A DNA stretch of 37,812 bases, from the IMG/VR virus record IMGVR_UViG_2778261419_000004, positions 1-37,812 of that record; one strand, 5' to 3'. This stretch comes from a virus. Its lineage: Duplodnaviria; Heunggongvirae; Uroviricota; Caudoviricetes. Shown here one piece after another: positions 7,470 to 16,024 of this stretch. Numbering within the stretch: position 1 is the stretch's first letter; every line of letters starts with the position of its first letter. Made by a program: the position numbers and the translations under genes. Under the pieces are notes generated by a model. That model was not told where the DNA came from. It ran no database searches and worked only from the letters and a program-made list of their open reading frames with translations.

Positions 7470-7616
7470 ATGACAAAACAACTCAGTCCTTACCAGGACA
7501 AAATTCACAAACACATACTACGTGATCGCTTCCTGTCCAGCTTCAAGCAGCCTGGTCGATTCCGGGCTGAGTTGGAAAAAGTGAAGCTGATGCAGAAGGA
7601 GAAAGGTCATGAGTAA
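7470..7616 (+). CDS. Small hypothetical protein (48 aa)
   Basis: Hand-translated [48 protein letters not shown]; AGGAG upstream; stop overlaps the O start. Confidence 0.3.
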   Translation: MTKQLSPYQDKIHKHILRDRFLSSFKQPGRFRAELEKVKLMQKEKGHE

Positions 7617-8469
7617 TCTTGCAACCGTAACACATTTAAGGCCTTCACAACGGCCTGTGGAGCGTCGTGTGGCAGAAGTTGAAGATGGTTATACCCGTCT
7701 TGCAAATGCCCTGTATGAAGAGCTTATCGGCGCAGATTTAACGAAAAATCAGAGCAAGGTTGCCCACGCCATATGCCGTAAAACATACGGCTACGGTAAA
7801 AAGATGGATCGCATCTCTGATAGTCAGTTAGCTCAAATTACTAGGCTGCCAAGACAGAAGGTAAACAAGGCCAAGAATGAGCTTATCGCGATGAAGGTTA
7901 TCCTTCGCGAAGGCCAGCAAATCGGGCCTAACAAGAACATCGAGGAATGGCAAATAGAAGGGTGTCACTACTCTGGTGATAATGTCACTGCATTGGTGAC
8001 AAAAAGTGTCACCAAAACGGTGACAGCGCTGTCACCAAAACAGGGACACACAAAAGAAACTATTACAAAAGAAAAAAGAAATAATAAAAACACTATGTCC
8101 GAAAGTGTTCGGACGGAGTGTGAAAAATCACATGACCGTCACGAAGAAACCGACAAGGCATTCGAGGAAATATTCTGGTGTGCAGGCATGCGGAAAGCCG
8201 GGAAGAAAAACGCAGCTTCGGCATTCAGAACACAGTTCAGGGAATGGCGTAAAACTACCAGGGGTACGGCAAGCGAGTTTGCCACGATGCTGGCAGAAGA
8301 CATCGCATGCAGGAATGGTAAGCAGTTCGGATTCGACAGGTTGTTACCATCGAGCTACCTGAACGGTCAACGCTGGAACGACGAGAAGCCAGAAACTATT
8401 CAACCACAATCCAAACCATCATCCGCAATCACCGTATCGAAAACTGGCTACGTGTTTTTCGACAGGTGA
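7609..8469 (+). CDS. O: Replication initiator (lambda O-like N-terminal domain)
   Basis: [56 protein letters not shown] resembles the lambda O N-terminus (recalled); contains internal iterons. Confidence 0.8.
   Translation: MSNLATVTHLRPSQRPVERRVAEVEDGYTRLANALYEELIGADLTKNQSKVAHAICRKTYGYGKKMDRISDSQLAQITRLPRQKVNKAKNELIAMKVILREGQQIGPNKNIEEWQIEGCHYSGDNVTALVTKSVTKTVTALSPKQGHTKETITKEKRNNKNTMSESVRTECEKSHDRHEETDKAFEEIFWCAGMRKAGKKNAASAFRTQFREWRKTTRGTASEFATMLAEDIACRNGKQFGFDRLLPSSYLNGQRWNDEKPETIQPQSKPSSAITVSKTGYVFFDR
7961..8095. repeat. Origin-like iterons plus AT-rich tract inside the O gene
   Basis: Inverted repeats TGGTGACA-AAAAG-TGTCACCA and GGTGACAG-CG-CTGTCACC with further GTCAC/GTGAC copies, followed by an A-rich run (8045-8095); architecture resembles ori-lambda. 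Confidence 0.6.
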
Positions 8470-8472
8470 ACC

Positions 8473-8580
8473 ATGAAATCAAAAATCAAATCGCTACTGG
8501 TTGCTGGTTATAACCACGGCTGGTTAAGTATTTCGTTTGTCGATTTCTGGTTTAAAAATCTCAATCTGAGGGAATCATGA
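8473..8580 (+). CDS. Possible small ORF (35 aa) coupled to the primase-helicase gene
   Basis: Hand-translated MKSKIKSLLVAGYNHGWLSISFVDFWFKNLNLRES; its stop overlaps the ATG at 8577 (ATGA). Could be spurious. Confidence 0.2.
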   Translation: MKSKIKSLLVAGYNHGWLSISFVDFWFKNLNLRES

Positions 8581-10457
8581 CGCCAAGTGAACTTAGCGAC
8601 CTGCTTTGGGCGCAGGTTGACAGGGTGGCTCCGCACCTGTTGCCAAACGGCAAGAAAGAGGGGCATGAGTGGGTTGCCGGTAACGTCAATGGTGACAAGG
8701 GAAACAGCCTTAAGGTCAACCTTAGCGGCAAGAAAAAATGGGCTGATTTCGCTGAGGGAGACGGCGGTGACATGCTTGATTTGTGGATGGCATGTCGTGG
8801 AATTAACCTGCATCAGGCTATGCAGGAAGCGAAAGCATTTCTCGGTATCAAGGATGACGATCACCATTTCGATGCCAAACGTGAGAAAAAATTCTCCAGA
8901 CCTGATCGCAAGAAAATCGCCCGCTACGTTACCAGAACAGAATCCCATCTTGAGTACCTGCAATCGCGTGGCATATCGCCAGAAGTCGTAAAGCGCTACG
9001 AGGTTGTCAGCGGCAAGGTGTGGAATGGAGAACGAGAACTTGATGCACTGGTGCTTCCGTACAAACGCGATGGTGAGTTGTTGCAGGTCAAGCGAATCAG
9101 CACTGAGCGCCCGGACGGGAAGAAAGTCATTATGGCAGAAGGTGATTGCGAACCTTGTCTGTTCGGATGGCAGGCTCTGGACGCTGGCGTGAGGGCGGTT
9201 GTACTTTGCGAAGGCGAAATTGATTGTATGAGCTATGCGCAATACGGCATCTCGGCGTTATCCGTGCCGTTTGGTGGAGGGAAAGGCGCTAAGCAACAGT
9301 GGATTGAGTTTGAGTACCACAACCTCGACAGGTTTGAGGAAATATTCATCTCGATGGACGTTGATGATGTTGGTCGTGAAGCCGCAAGGGAAATCGCAAG
9401 CCGACTCGGTGAACATCGTTGCCGTCTTGTTACTCTGCCGTACAAAGACATCAACGAATGCCTGATGAACGGTGTTACCGAGGATGAAATCTGGCAGTAC
9501 ATCGGCACGGCATCCTACTTTGATCCTGAAGAACTCTACAGCGCGCGAGAGTTTTACCAGGACACTATCAACGCTTTCTACGGCAAGCAGCAGTATCTGT
9601 TTAATCCACCGTGGGAATCTCTGGCAGATAAATTCCAGTTTCGTGAGGCCGAGTTGACGCTGGTCAATGGTGTGAACGGTCACGGAAAAACGGAGGTTGT
9701 CGGGCATATGGCACTTGAGGCAATGCGTCAGGGTGTGAAGACGTGCATCGCGTCACTTGAGCTGAAGCCTGGTATTCTCCTTAAGCGCCTTACCCGTCAG
9801 GCGACGTGCTGCAAGATGCCGCCAGTGCTGGAAATTGACTCTGCATTTAAATTTTATGACGAAAGACTTTGGGTGTTTGGCCTGACTGGAACGGCGAAAG
9901 CCGACAGGCTGATCGAAATATTCGACTACGCTCGCCGCCGATACGGCATCCAGTTATTCATCATCGACAGCCTGATGAAATGCGGCATAGGTGACGATGA
10001 CTATAACGGGCAGAAAGCATTTGTTGACTCGATTTGTGACTTCAAAAACAAAACAAACTCCCACGTCATTCTCGTTACTCACTCCAGAAAAGGAGACAGC
10101 GAAGAAAAACCAACCGGGAAAATGGACGTAAAAGGCTCTGGAGCGATAACAGACCTGACAGACAACCTTTTCATCATCTGGCGTAACAAGGCTCGCGAGA
10201 GAGCGTTACAGAGAGTTCAGAGTGGTGAAAAAATGTCAGAGAAGGACGAACAGCTACTGGCATCTCCGGCATCTGTTTTGATGCTTGAAAAACAACGTAA
10301 CGGCGAAGGTTGGGAAGGTGGTGTCCCGTTGTTCCTTGACGAGCAATCGCACCAGTTCCTGCAACTTGAATCAGGATCGCCTTATAGCTACATCGCCAAT
10401 ATGCCGAAATCGGAATATGACGAGGCGTGGCGACAGGAAAACGTGACGGAGTATTAA
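8577..10457 (+). CDS. Bifunctional DNA primase-helicase (TOPRIM plus DnaB-like ATPase)
   Basis: 626 aa; TOPRIM-like VLCEGEIDCMSYAQYG and SMDVDDVGREAAREIA; Walker A GVNGHGKTEV and Walker B LFIIDSL in the C-terminal half. Confidence 0.85.
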   Translation: MTPSELSDLLWAQVDRVAPHLLPNGKKEGHEWVAGNVNGDKGNSLKVNLSGKKKWADFAEGDGGDMLDLWMACRGINLHQAMQEAKAFLGIKDDDHHFDAKREKKFSRPDRKKIARYVTRTESHLEYLQSRGISPEVVKRYEVVSGKVWNGERELDALVLPYKRDGELLQVKRISTERPDGKKVIMAEGDCEPCLFGWQALDAGVRAVVLCEGEIDCMSYAQYGISALSVPFGGGKGAKQQWIEFEYHNLDRFEEIFISMDVDDVGREAAREIASRLGEHRCRLVTLPYKDINECLMNGVTEDEIWQYIGTASYFDPEELYSAREFYQDTINAFYGKQQYLFNPPWESLADKFQFREAELTLVNGVNGHGKTEVVGHMALEAMRQGVKTCIASLELKPGILLKRLTRQATCCKMPPVLEIDSAFKFYDERLWVFGLTGTAKADRLIEIFDYARRRYGIQLFIIDSLMKCGIGDDDYNGQKAFVDSICDFKNKTNSHVILVTHSRKGDSEEKPTGKMDVKGSGAITDLTDNLFIIWRNKARERALQRVQSGEKMSEKDEQLLASPASVLMLEKQRNGEGWEGGVPLFLDEQSHQFLQLESGSPYSYIANMPKSEYDEAWRQENVTEY

Positions 10458-10486
10458 ATGACCATCTACATCACTGAGCTTGTAAC

Positions 10487-10515
10487 AGGCCTGCTGGTAA
10501 TCGCAGGCCTTTTTA
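10487..10515 (+). terminator. Rho-independent terminator (tR2-like, before the nin region)
   Basis: AGGCCTGC-TGGTAATC-GCAGGCCT (8-bp stem) followed by TTTTATTT. Confidence 0.7.
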
Positions 10516-10534
10516 TTTGGGGGAGAGGGAAGTC

Positions 10535-11122
10535 ATGAAAAAACTAACCTTTGAAATTCGATCTCCAGCACATCAGCAAAACGCTATTCACGCAGTACAG
10601 CAAATCCTTCCAGACCCAACCAAACCAATCAATCAAATAACTCAGCAGAGACTTAAAGAAGTCCTTCTCTACGATGAGTTAACAGGGAAATTCACATGGA
10701 AAGTAAAGAAATGCCAGAGAATGAATGCTGGGGATATCGCAGGGCATAAGAGTAGCGAAGGCTACTGGGTAATAAAAGTCGATGGAAAACTTTATAAGGC
10801 ACACAGGCTGGCGTGGCTCTATATGAATGGCAGTCTACCAAAAAGTGATATCGACCACATAAATCTCGTTAGGGATGACAATCGTATAGCAAATCTTAGA
10901 TTGGCAACTCGATCTCAAAACATCCAAAACGTAAACAAAAAGGCAAATAACAAATCAGGATATAAAGGCGTTTCATGGGATAAGAAATCAAGAAAATGGA
11001 GGGCGCAAATCGTAATCAACAAGAGGAAAGTTAATCTTGGGTTTTACGATGACCCAAAGGAAGCTCATAAAGTATATGCAAATAAAGCGGATGAATGTTT
11101 CGGCGAATTTGCGAGGTATTAA
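10535..11122 (+). CDS. HNH homing endonuclease with AP2 domain, N-terminally fused to a NinB-like segment
   Basis: First 32 aa MKKLTFEIRSPAHQQNAIHAVQQILPDPTKPI match the lambda NinB N-terminus as recalled; then HNH motif DHINLVRDDNRIANLRLATRSQN and AP2-like YKGVSWDKKSRKWRAQI...GFYDDPKEAHKVY. Track start 10517 is TTG. Confidence 0.8.
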   Translation: MKKLTFEIRSPAHQQNAIHAVQQILPDPTKPINQITQQRLKEVLLYDELTGKFTWKVKKCQRMNAGDIAGHKSSEGYWVIKVDGKLYKAHRLAWLYMNGSLPKSDIDHINLVRDDNRIANLRLATRSQNIQNVNKKANNKSGYKGVSWDKKSRKWRAQIVINKRKVNLGFYDDPKEAHKVYANKADECFGEFARY

Positions 11123-11123
11123 A

Positions 11124-11552
11124 ATGAAATGTGTCAAATATCACCTTACTAATGAATCTATAAGATATAACGCCATTCAGTATCTTAGGACATGCGATTT
11201 AGACATCATTGTCGAGTTTAAGCAGCGCAACCGCAGCTTAGACCAGAATCGAAAGCTTTGGGCTTGCCTTGGTGACGTCTCTCGTCAGGTTGAATGGCAT
11301 GGTCGCTGGCTGGATGCAGAAAGCTGGAAGTGTGTGTTTACCGCAGCATTAAAGCAGCAGGATGTTGTTCCTAACCTTGCCGGGAATGGCTTTGTGGTAA
11401 TAGGCCAGTCAACCAGCAGGATGCGTGTAAGCGAATTTGCGGAGCTATTAGAGCTTATACAGGCATTCGGTACAGAGCGTGGCGTTAAGTGGTCAGACGA
11501 AGCGCGACTGGCTCTGGAGTGGAAAGCGCGATGGGGAGACCGGGCAGCATGA
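11124..11552 (+). CDS. ninB: NinB (Orf-family recombination mediator)
   Basis: 142 aa from the ATG at 11124 (AGGTAT motif upstream); [37 protein letters not shown]...[11 protein letters not shown] matches lambda NinB as recalled. Confidence 0.85.
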   Translation: MKCVKYHLTNESIRYNAIQYLRTCDLDIIVEFKQRNRSLDQNRKLWACLGDVSRQVEWHGRWLDAESWKCVFTAALKQQDVVPNLAGNGFVVIGQSTSRMRVSEFAELLELIQAFGTERGVKWSDEARLALEWKARWGDRAA

Positions 11553-11722
11553 TGCGATGTTATCGGTGCGGTGAATGCAAAGAAGATAACCGCTTCCGAC
11601 CAAATCAACCTTACTGGAATCGATGGTGTCTCCGGTGTGAAAGAACACCAACAGGGGTGTTACCACTACCGCAGGAAAAGGAGGACGTGTGGCGAGACAG
11701 CGACGAAGTATCACCGACATAA
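11549..11722 (+). CDS. ninD: NinD-like small zinc-finger protein
   Basis: 57 aa [32 protein letters not shown]... with CxxC...CxxC; start overlaps the ninB stop. Confidence 0.55.
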
Positions 11723-11865
11723 TCTGTGAAAACTGCAAATACCTTCCAACGAAACGCTCCAGAAATAAACGCAAGCCAATCCCAAAAGAATCTGACGTAA
11801 AAACCTTCAATTACACGGCTCACCTGTGGGATATCCGGTGGCTAAGACATCGTGCGAGGAAATGA
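11689..11865 (+). CDS. ninE: NinE-like protein
   Basis: Hand-translated from a GTG start after AAGGAGGA: [57 protein letters not shown]. Not in the track. Confidence 0.5.
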
Positions 11866-12227
11866 CAATGGATTATTCACAGTTAAGTGATTTTGAAATT
11901 AACGTGGCGGTATTCGAAGCCATTCATAACGGATCACCGGATTACAAAGAAGGTGAGAATGGCGATATGGTGTTTGTCTCATTTGAGGGAGACATTGTAA
12001 ACGGAGACGCAGTTGAAGTAGAAGTTGAGCGCGGATCCTTTAACCCATGCGCAAACCCAGCAGACGCATGGCCGATTATTGAAAAATACAGGATTAGCAT
12101 TATCAATCTCGATGAAGACGAGTGGGGTGCACGCGGTGTGGCCTACTGTAAATCTAAGCGAGCTATACATGAAAATCCCCTCCGCGCCGCCATGATTGTC
12201 TTTCTCATGATGCAGAGAATCCAATAA
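11862..12227 (+). CDS. Hypothetical nin-region protein
   Basis: Track ORF from a GTG at 11826; the ATG at 11862 overlaps the ninE stop (ATGA). Acidic; function unknown. Confidence 0.5.
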
Positions 12228-12406
12228 TGCTTAGCCCATCCCAATCCCTTCAATACCAGAAAGAAAGCGTCGAGCGGGCTTTAACGTGCGCTAACTGCGG
12301 TCAGAAGCTGCATGTGCTGGAAGTTCATGTGTGTGAGCACTGCTGTGCAGAACTGATGAGCGATCCGAATAGCTCAATGTACGAGGAAGAAGACGATGGT
12401 GATTAG
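12227..12406 (+). CDS. ninF: NinF-like small Cys-rich protein
   Basis: Hand-translated 59 aa [59 protein letters not shown]; TAATG overlap with the previous gene. Not in the track. Confidence 0.55.
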   Translation: MLSPSQSLQYQKESVERALTCANCGQKLHVLEVHVCEHCCAELMSDPNSSMYEEEDDGD

Positions 12407-12788
12407 CCGATACGGAAAAATAACGTTTAAACATTTTCAAGACAATCCAACATGGGCTGCTGCGGCTGGATATGACTTTAATTATTTTGATTGTCTGTCA
12501 GTCGCATGTATTGCAACTACCAATGTTGCTAACAACATAATCGATGAATTCTTGGATTTTCCAGACTATCAGGTCAGAGAGTTGCCTGCATTTTTTGTGA
12601 AAGTATCTGTTGCTACAGCTCTGTTATTTATTTTGTTATTCGCATATCCATTGCTTGCCGTATTTGTTTATGTGAGATGCAAGCACTCACAAAATGAATA
12701 CAGCGGAGAGCATACCGATATTACCAGCCAAAATATGCGAGTGTGGTTGAGGAGATGCCAAGAGAAATGGGGGAGAAGTCATGGCTAA
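12396..12788 (+). CDS. Hypothetical protein with one predicted transmembrane helix (AT-rich insert)
   Basis: 130-aa track ORF; hydrophobic VSVATALLFILLFAYPLLAVFVYV; noticeably AT-rich relative to neighbours; start overlaps the ninF end. Confidence 0.45.
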   Translation: MVISRYGKITFKHFQDNPTWAAAAGYDFNYFDCLSVACIATTNVANNIIDEFLDFPDYQVRELPAFFVKVSVATALLFILLFAYPLLAVFVYVRCKHSQNEYSGEHTDITSQNMRVWLRRCQEKWGRSHG

Positions 12789-13071
12789 CCTACGCAAAGA
12801 AGCGCGCGGAAGAGAATGCCAGGTACGTATTTACGGCATATGCAATGGAAATCCTGAAACTACAGTTCTGGCACATTACCGGATGGCTGGAATTTGCGGA
12901 ACGGGAATGAAACCTGACGACCTGATCGGCGCATGGGCTTGTAGTGACTGCCACGCGGAGATCGACCGACGCACAAGGATTCTCGACAACAAAGACGCCA
13001 GACTTTACCACCTCGAAGGCGTGATCAGGACGCAGGCGATACTGCTGAAGGAGGGGAAGATTAAGTCATGA
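12781..13071 (+). CDS. ybcO: YbcO-like protein (DUF1364, putative nuclease)
   Basis: 96 aa MANLRKEARGRECQVRIYGICNGNPETTVLAHYR...CSDCHAEIDRR resembles E. coli DLP12 YbcO (recalled); sits upstream of rusA as in DLP12. Confidence 0.75.
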   Translation: MANLRKEARGRECQVRIYGICNGNPETTVLAHYRMAGICGTGMKPDDLIGAWACSDCHAEIDRRTRILDNKDARLYHLEGVIRTQAILLKEGKIKS

Positions 13072-13430
13072 ACGAATATCAGTTTGTGCTTCCATACCCG
13101 CCGTCGGTGAACACCTACTGGCGAAGACGGGGAAGCCAATACTACATCAGCGATAAAGGCCAGAAATACCGAAAAGACGTTCAGCAAATCATCCGCCAAC
13201 TTAAGTTAGACATTTTCACCAAATCACGACTCCGCATCAAAGTCATCGCAGACGTTCCAGACTCCCGCCGCCGCGACCTCGACAACATCCTGAAAGGTTT
13301 ACTCGACTCCCTTATCCACGCCGGATTTGCGGAAGACGACGAGCAATTCGATGACATTCGCGTAATTCGTGGTGTGAAAGTACCAGGCGGACGGCTTGGA
13401 ATAAAAATCACCGAACTGGAGAACGCATGA
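13068..13430 (+). CDS. rusA: RusA Holliday-junction resolvase
   Basis: 120 aa; LPYPPSVNTYWRRRG and DVPDSRRRDLDNILKGLLDSLIHAGF...GGRLGIKITEL match the RusA family. Confidence 0.9.
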   Translation: MNEYQFVLPYPPSVNTYWRRRGSQYYISDKGQKYRKDVQQIIRQLKLDIFTKSRLRIKVIADVPDSRRRDLDNILKGLLDSLIHAGFAEDDEQFDDIRVIRGVKVPGGRLGIKITELENA

Positions 13431-13615
13431 ACGCCACAATTCAAACGATACCAGAGCTTCTTATCCAGACACGAGGCAATCAGACCGAAGTGGCGAGGAT
13501 GCTTTCCTGCGCAAGAGGAACAGTGCTCAAGTACAACCGAGACAGCAAAGGCGAGCGTCACGTAATAGTTAACGGCGTCCTGATGGTCAAACAAGGCAAG
13601 AGGGGAAGACGATGA
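13427..13615 (+). CDS. ninH: NinH-like DNA-binding protein
   Basis: 62 aa; TIPELLIQTRGNQTEVARMLSCARGTVLKYNRDSKGERHVIVNGVLMV resembles lambda NinH (recalled). Confidence 0.7.
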   Translation: MNATIQTIPELLIQTRGNQTEVARMLSCARGTVLKYNRDSKGERHVIVNGVLMVKQGKRGRR

Positions 13616-14130
13616 GCATAAGAGAACTAAACCTCACCAAAGAGCAGCACGAGTGGCTGAATGGCTGGCTTGAACTGTGGGGCGCATGGGTTTATTCAGG
13701 TCGTCTGGAAAAGCGCATGAGCAGCGTAATAGCGAAGTTCATGGAGAGCGTAGAGCCGGGAAGAATTATGACAAGGCCAATGTGTAATGATGATGATGGA
13801 ATGTTGATTTCTCAGGTCGTTGATTCCGTCATGTACATTGACAAGAAAGCCTTTGGCATCCTCCTCAGCTACTACGCTCATGGTTCATCTAAGCGAGCAA
13901 TTGCATCCTACTATCACGCGACTGCAAAGCCACGCAAGATGTGTGGACGTGGTGGCGAGGGATGGAGAAAACCTTCACTGGCAACCTGTAGAAACGAAAT
14001 TGACGACATCCTGAAAGCGTCATTATTTGTTTTATACCAGCCAATGCAAAATGCTTTCAAAATGCGTAAACGTGTTGAGAAAGTTAAGCATGTTGCTGTT
14101 AAAAACCTTGACATGCAATTATCCATTTAG
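13612..14130 (+). CDS. Q: Late-gene antiterminator Q (phage 82/QuuD-like type, not lambda-Q type)
   Basis: 172 aa; last gene before pR' and the lysis genes; LELWGAWVYSG resembles the LERWGAW motif recalled from QuuD-type Q proteins. Confidence 0.7.
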   Translation: MSIRELNLTKEQHEWLNGWLELWGAWVYSGRLEKRMSSVIAKFMESVEPGRIMTRPMCNDDDGMLISQVVDSVMYIDKKAFGILLSYYAHGSSKRAIASYYHATAKPRKMCGRGGEGWRKPSLATCRNEIDDILKASLFVLYQPMQNAFKMRKRVEKVKHVAVKNLDMQLSI

Positions 14131-14137
14131 CCATAAT
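14108..14137 (+). promoter_or_regulatory. pR' late promoter candidate (-35 TTGACA, 18-nt spacer, -10 CATAAT)
   Basis: Located at the 3' end of Q, where the late promoter and qut site are expected. Confidence 0.45.
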
Positions 14138-14147
14138 TAGAAGGTAA

Positions 14148-14188
14148 GCTGCCGTTAGTGACTCTTAAGTTGCAACGGTGGCTTTTTT
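14148..14188 (+). terminator. Hairpin plus T-run close to pR' (candidate early late-terminator)
   Basis: Imperfect stem GCTGCCGTT / AACGGTGGC followed by TTTTTT. Confidence 0.35.
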
Positions 14189-14571
14189 GTTTGCACAACA
14201 GGTAAGAGCATTGAACCCGCAGACCTCGCGGAATTGGTGAAAGGTGCCGCGCAGTACTCTTATCGTTGTGGTGAATACGCAGGCTGATGCGTTAATCAGG
14301 TGAACGAGACACCCGCCGGTCCGTGATATGGCACACCGTGCCGGTCATATCTGCCGCGGTTAGGTTTACGAGGATTTCGTAAAGCTGGTCTAGGGTGAAG
14401 CCGTGAAAGCGGAGGAAGTAAAACGAGGCGTCGGTACACGCCTATCGTCATTAAGTCGGAGTTCAGCACCGACCGCCACAACCCAACCTGAGCCGTAGCC
14501 ACTGGCTATCCTGAATTCATCAGTGATAGTTATGCTGCGGCCTTCTACACATGACCTTCGTGAAAGCGGGC

Positions 14572-14606
14572 GGCATGAGGTTGCGCTAACAACCTCATGC
14601 CGTTTT
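14572..14606 (+). terminator. Strong hairpin in the Q-S leader (candidate tR')
   Basis: Perfect 11-bp stem GGCATGAGGTT / AACCTCATGCC with an 8-nt loop, followed by GTTTTG. Confidence 0.5.
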
Positions 14607-14726
14607 GCCCGTGCATATCGGTCACGAACAAATCTGATTACTAAACACAGTAGCCTGGATTTGTTCTATCAGTAATCGACCTTATTCCTAATTAAATAGA
14701 GCAAATCCCCTTATTGGGGGTAAGAC

Positions 14727-15050
14727 ATGAAGATGCCAGAAAAACATGACCTGTTAGCCGCCATTCTCGCGGCAAAGGAACAAGGCATCGGGGCAATCCT
14801 TGCGTTTGCAATGGCGTACCTTCGCGGCAGATATAATGGCGGTGCGTTTACAAAAACAGTAATCGACGCAACGATGTGCGCCATTATCGCCTGGTTCATT
14901 CGTGATCTTCTCGACCTCGCCGGACTAAGTAGCAATCTCGCTTATATAACGAGCGTGTTCATCGGCTACATCGGTACTGACTCGATTGGTTCGCTTATCA
15001 AACGCTTCGCTGCTAAAAAAGCCGGAGTAGAAGATGGTGGAAATCAATAA
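14727..15050 (+). CDS. S: Holin S (class I, dual-start MKM)
   Basis: 107 aa [44 protein letters not shown]... near-identical to lambda S as recalled. Confidence 0.95.
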   Translation: MKMPEKHDLLAAILAAKEQGIGAILAFAMAYLRGRYNGGAFTKTVIDATMCAIIAWFIRDLLDLAGLSSNLAYITSVFIGYIGTDSIGSLIKRFAAKKAGVEDGGNQ

Positions 15051-15510
15051 TCAACGTAAGGCGTTCCTCGATATGCTGGCGTGGTCAGAGGGAACAGATA
15101 ACGGACGTCAGAAAACCAGAAATCATGGTTATGACGTCATTGTAGGTGGTGAGCTATTCACTGATTACTCCGATCACCCTCGCAAACTTGTCACGCTAAA
15201 CCCCAAACTCAAATCAACAGCAGCCGGACGTTACCAGCTTCTTTCACGTTGGTGGGATGCATACCGTAAGCAGCTTGGCCTGAAAGACTTCTCTCCGAAA
15301 AGCCAGGACGCTGTGGCATTGCAACAGATTAAAGAGCGTGGCGCTTTGCCGATGATTGATCGCGGTGATATTCGTCAGGCAATCGACCGTTGCAGCAATA
15401 TCTGGGCTTCACTGCCGGGCGCTGGTTATGGTCAGTTCGAGCATAAGGCTGACAGCCTGATTGCAAAATTCAAAGAAGCTGGCGGAACGGTCAGAGAGAT
15501 TGAGGTATGA
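15034..15510 (+). CDS. R: Endolysin R (lytic transglycosylase)
   Basis: 158 aa [45 protein letters not shown]... near-identical to lambda R as recalled. Confidence 0.95.
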   Translation: MVEINNQRKAFLDMLAWSEGTDNGRQKTRNHGYDVIVGGELFTDYSDHPRKLVTLNPKLKSTAAGRYQLLSRWWDAYRKQLGLKDFSPKSQDAVALQQIKERGALPMIDRGDIRQAIDRCSNIWASLPGAGYGQFEHKADSLIAKFKEAGGTVREIEV

Positions 15511-15974
15511 GCAGAGTAACCGCGATTATCTCCGCTCTGGTTATCTGCATCATCGTCTGCCTGTCATGGGCTGTTAATCATTACCGTGATAACGCCATCG
15601 CCTACAAAGAACAGCGTGATAAAAAAGTCAGTGAGCTGAAGCAGGCGACCGCCACCATTACTGACATGCAGCAGCGCCAGCGTTCTGCTGATGCACTCGA
15701 TGCTAAATACACGAAGGAGTTAGCTGATGCGAAAGCTGAAAATGATGCTCTTCGGCGCAAGCTTGATAATGGCGGCAGGGTGCTCGTCAAAGGAAAATGC
15801 CCTGTGCCATCCTCAGCCGAAACCTCCGGCGCCTCCGGCATGGGCAATGATGCCACCGTCGAACTCTCTCCAGTTGCTGGACGAAACGTTCTCAGTATCA
15901 GATCTGGAATCATCAGCGACCAAACATCACTGAGAACGCTTCAGGAATACATCAACACGCAGTGCCTGAAATGA
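15507..15974 (+). CDS. Rz: Rz i-spanin
   Basis: 155 aa; N-terminal [31 protein letters not shown] matches lambda Rz; C-terminal half diverges. Confidence 0.9.
   Translation: MSRVTAIISALVICIIVCLSWAVNHYRDNAIAYKEQRDKKVSELKQATATITDMQQRQRSADALDAKYTKELADAKAENDALRRKLDNGGRVLVKGKCPVPSSAETSGASGMGNDATVELSPVAGRNVLSIRSGIISDQTSLRTLQEYINTQCLK
15727..15933 (+). CDS. Rz1: Rz1 o-spanin lipoprotein (embedded in Rz, +1 frame)
   Basis: 68 aa [21 protein letters not shown]... with lipobox AAGC and a Pro-rich segment, nested in Rz as in lambda. Confidence 0.75.
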   Translation: MRKLKMMLFGASLIMAAGCSSKENALCHPQPKPPAPPAWAMMPPSNSLQLLDETFSVSDLESSATKHH

Positions 15975-16024
15975 ACAATCATAGCCTCGTAATAGCGAGG
16001 CTTTTTACTAACCGAGGGTAAATA

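Noticed and set aside
8508-9242. 244-aa antisense track ORF inside the primase-helicase gene
   Set aside because: Lies entirely within a well-supported long coding gene on the other strand, has no recognisable motifs and an odd composition; most likely an antisense frame artefact.
10460-10540. 26-codon hydrophobic ORF (MTIYITELVTGLLVIAGLFIWGRGKS) after the primase-helicase gene
   Set aside because: Coincides with the tR2-like terminator hairpin; the hydrophobicity probably reflects the GC-rich stem and T-run.
10630-11215. Group I intron or intein interpretation of the endonuclease insertion in ninB
   Set aside because: The insert has an in-frame stop and a separate downstream start, so it is not an intein. 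No placement of the junctions gave a U-ending 5' exon, a G-ending intron and an in-frame spliced product, and the downstream ORF has its own complete N-terminus. Not formally excluded without folding or cDNA.
14296-14502. 68-aa antisense track ORF in the Q-S leader
   Set aside because: Arg/Pro-rich low-complexity translation in a region expected to be the non-coding late leader.
14200-14700. Possible tRNA gene between Q and S
   Set aside because: Some lambdoid phages carry tRNAs here, but I found no GTTCRANYC T-loop with a matching stem or acceptor-stem pairing on either strand.
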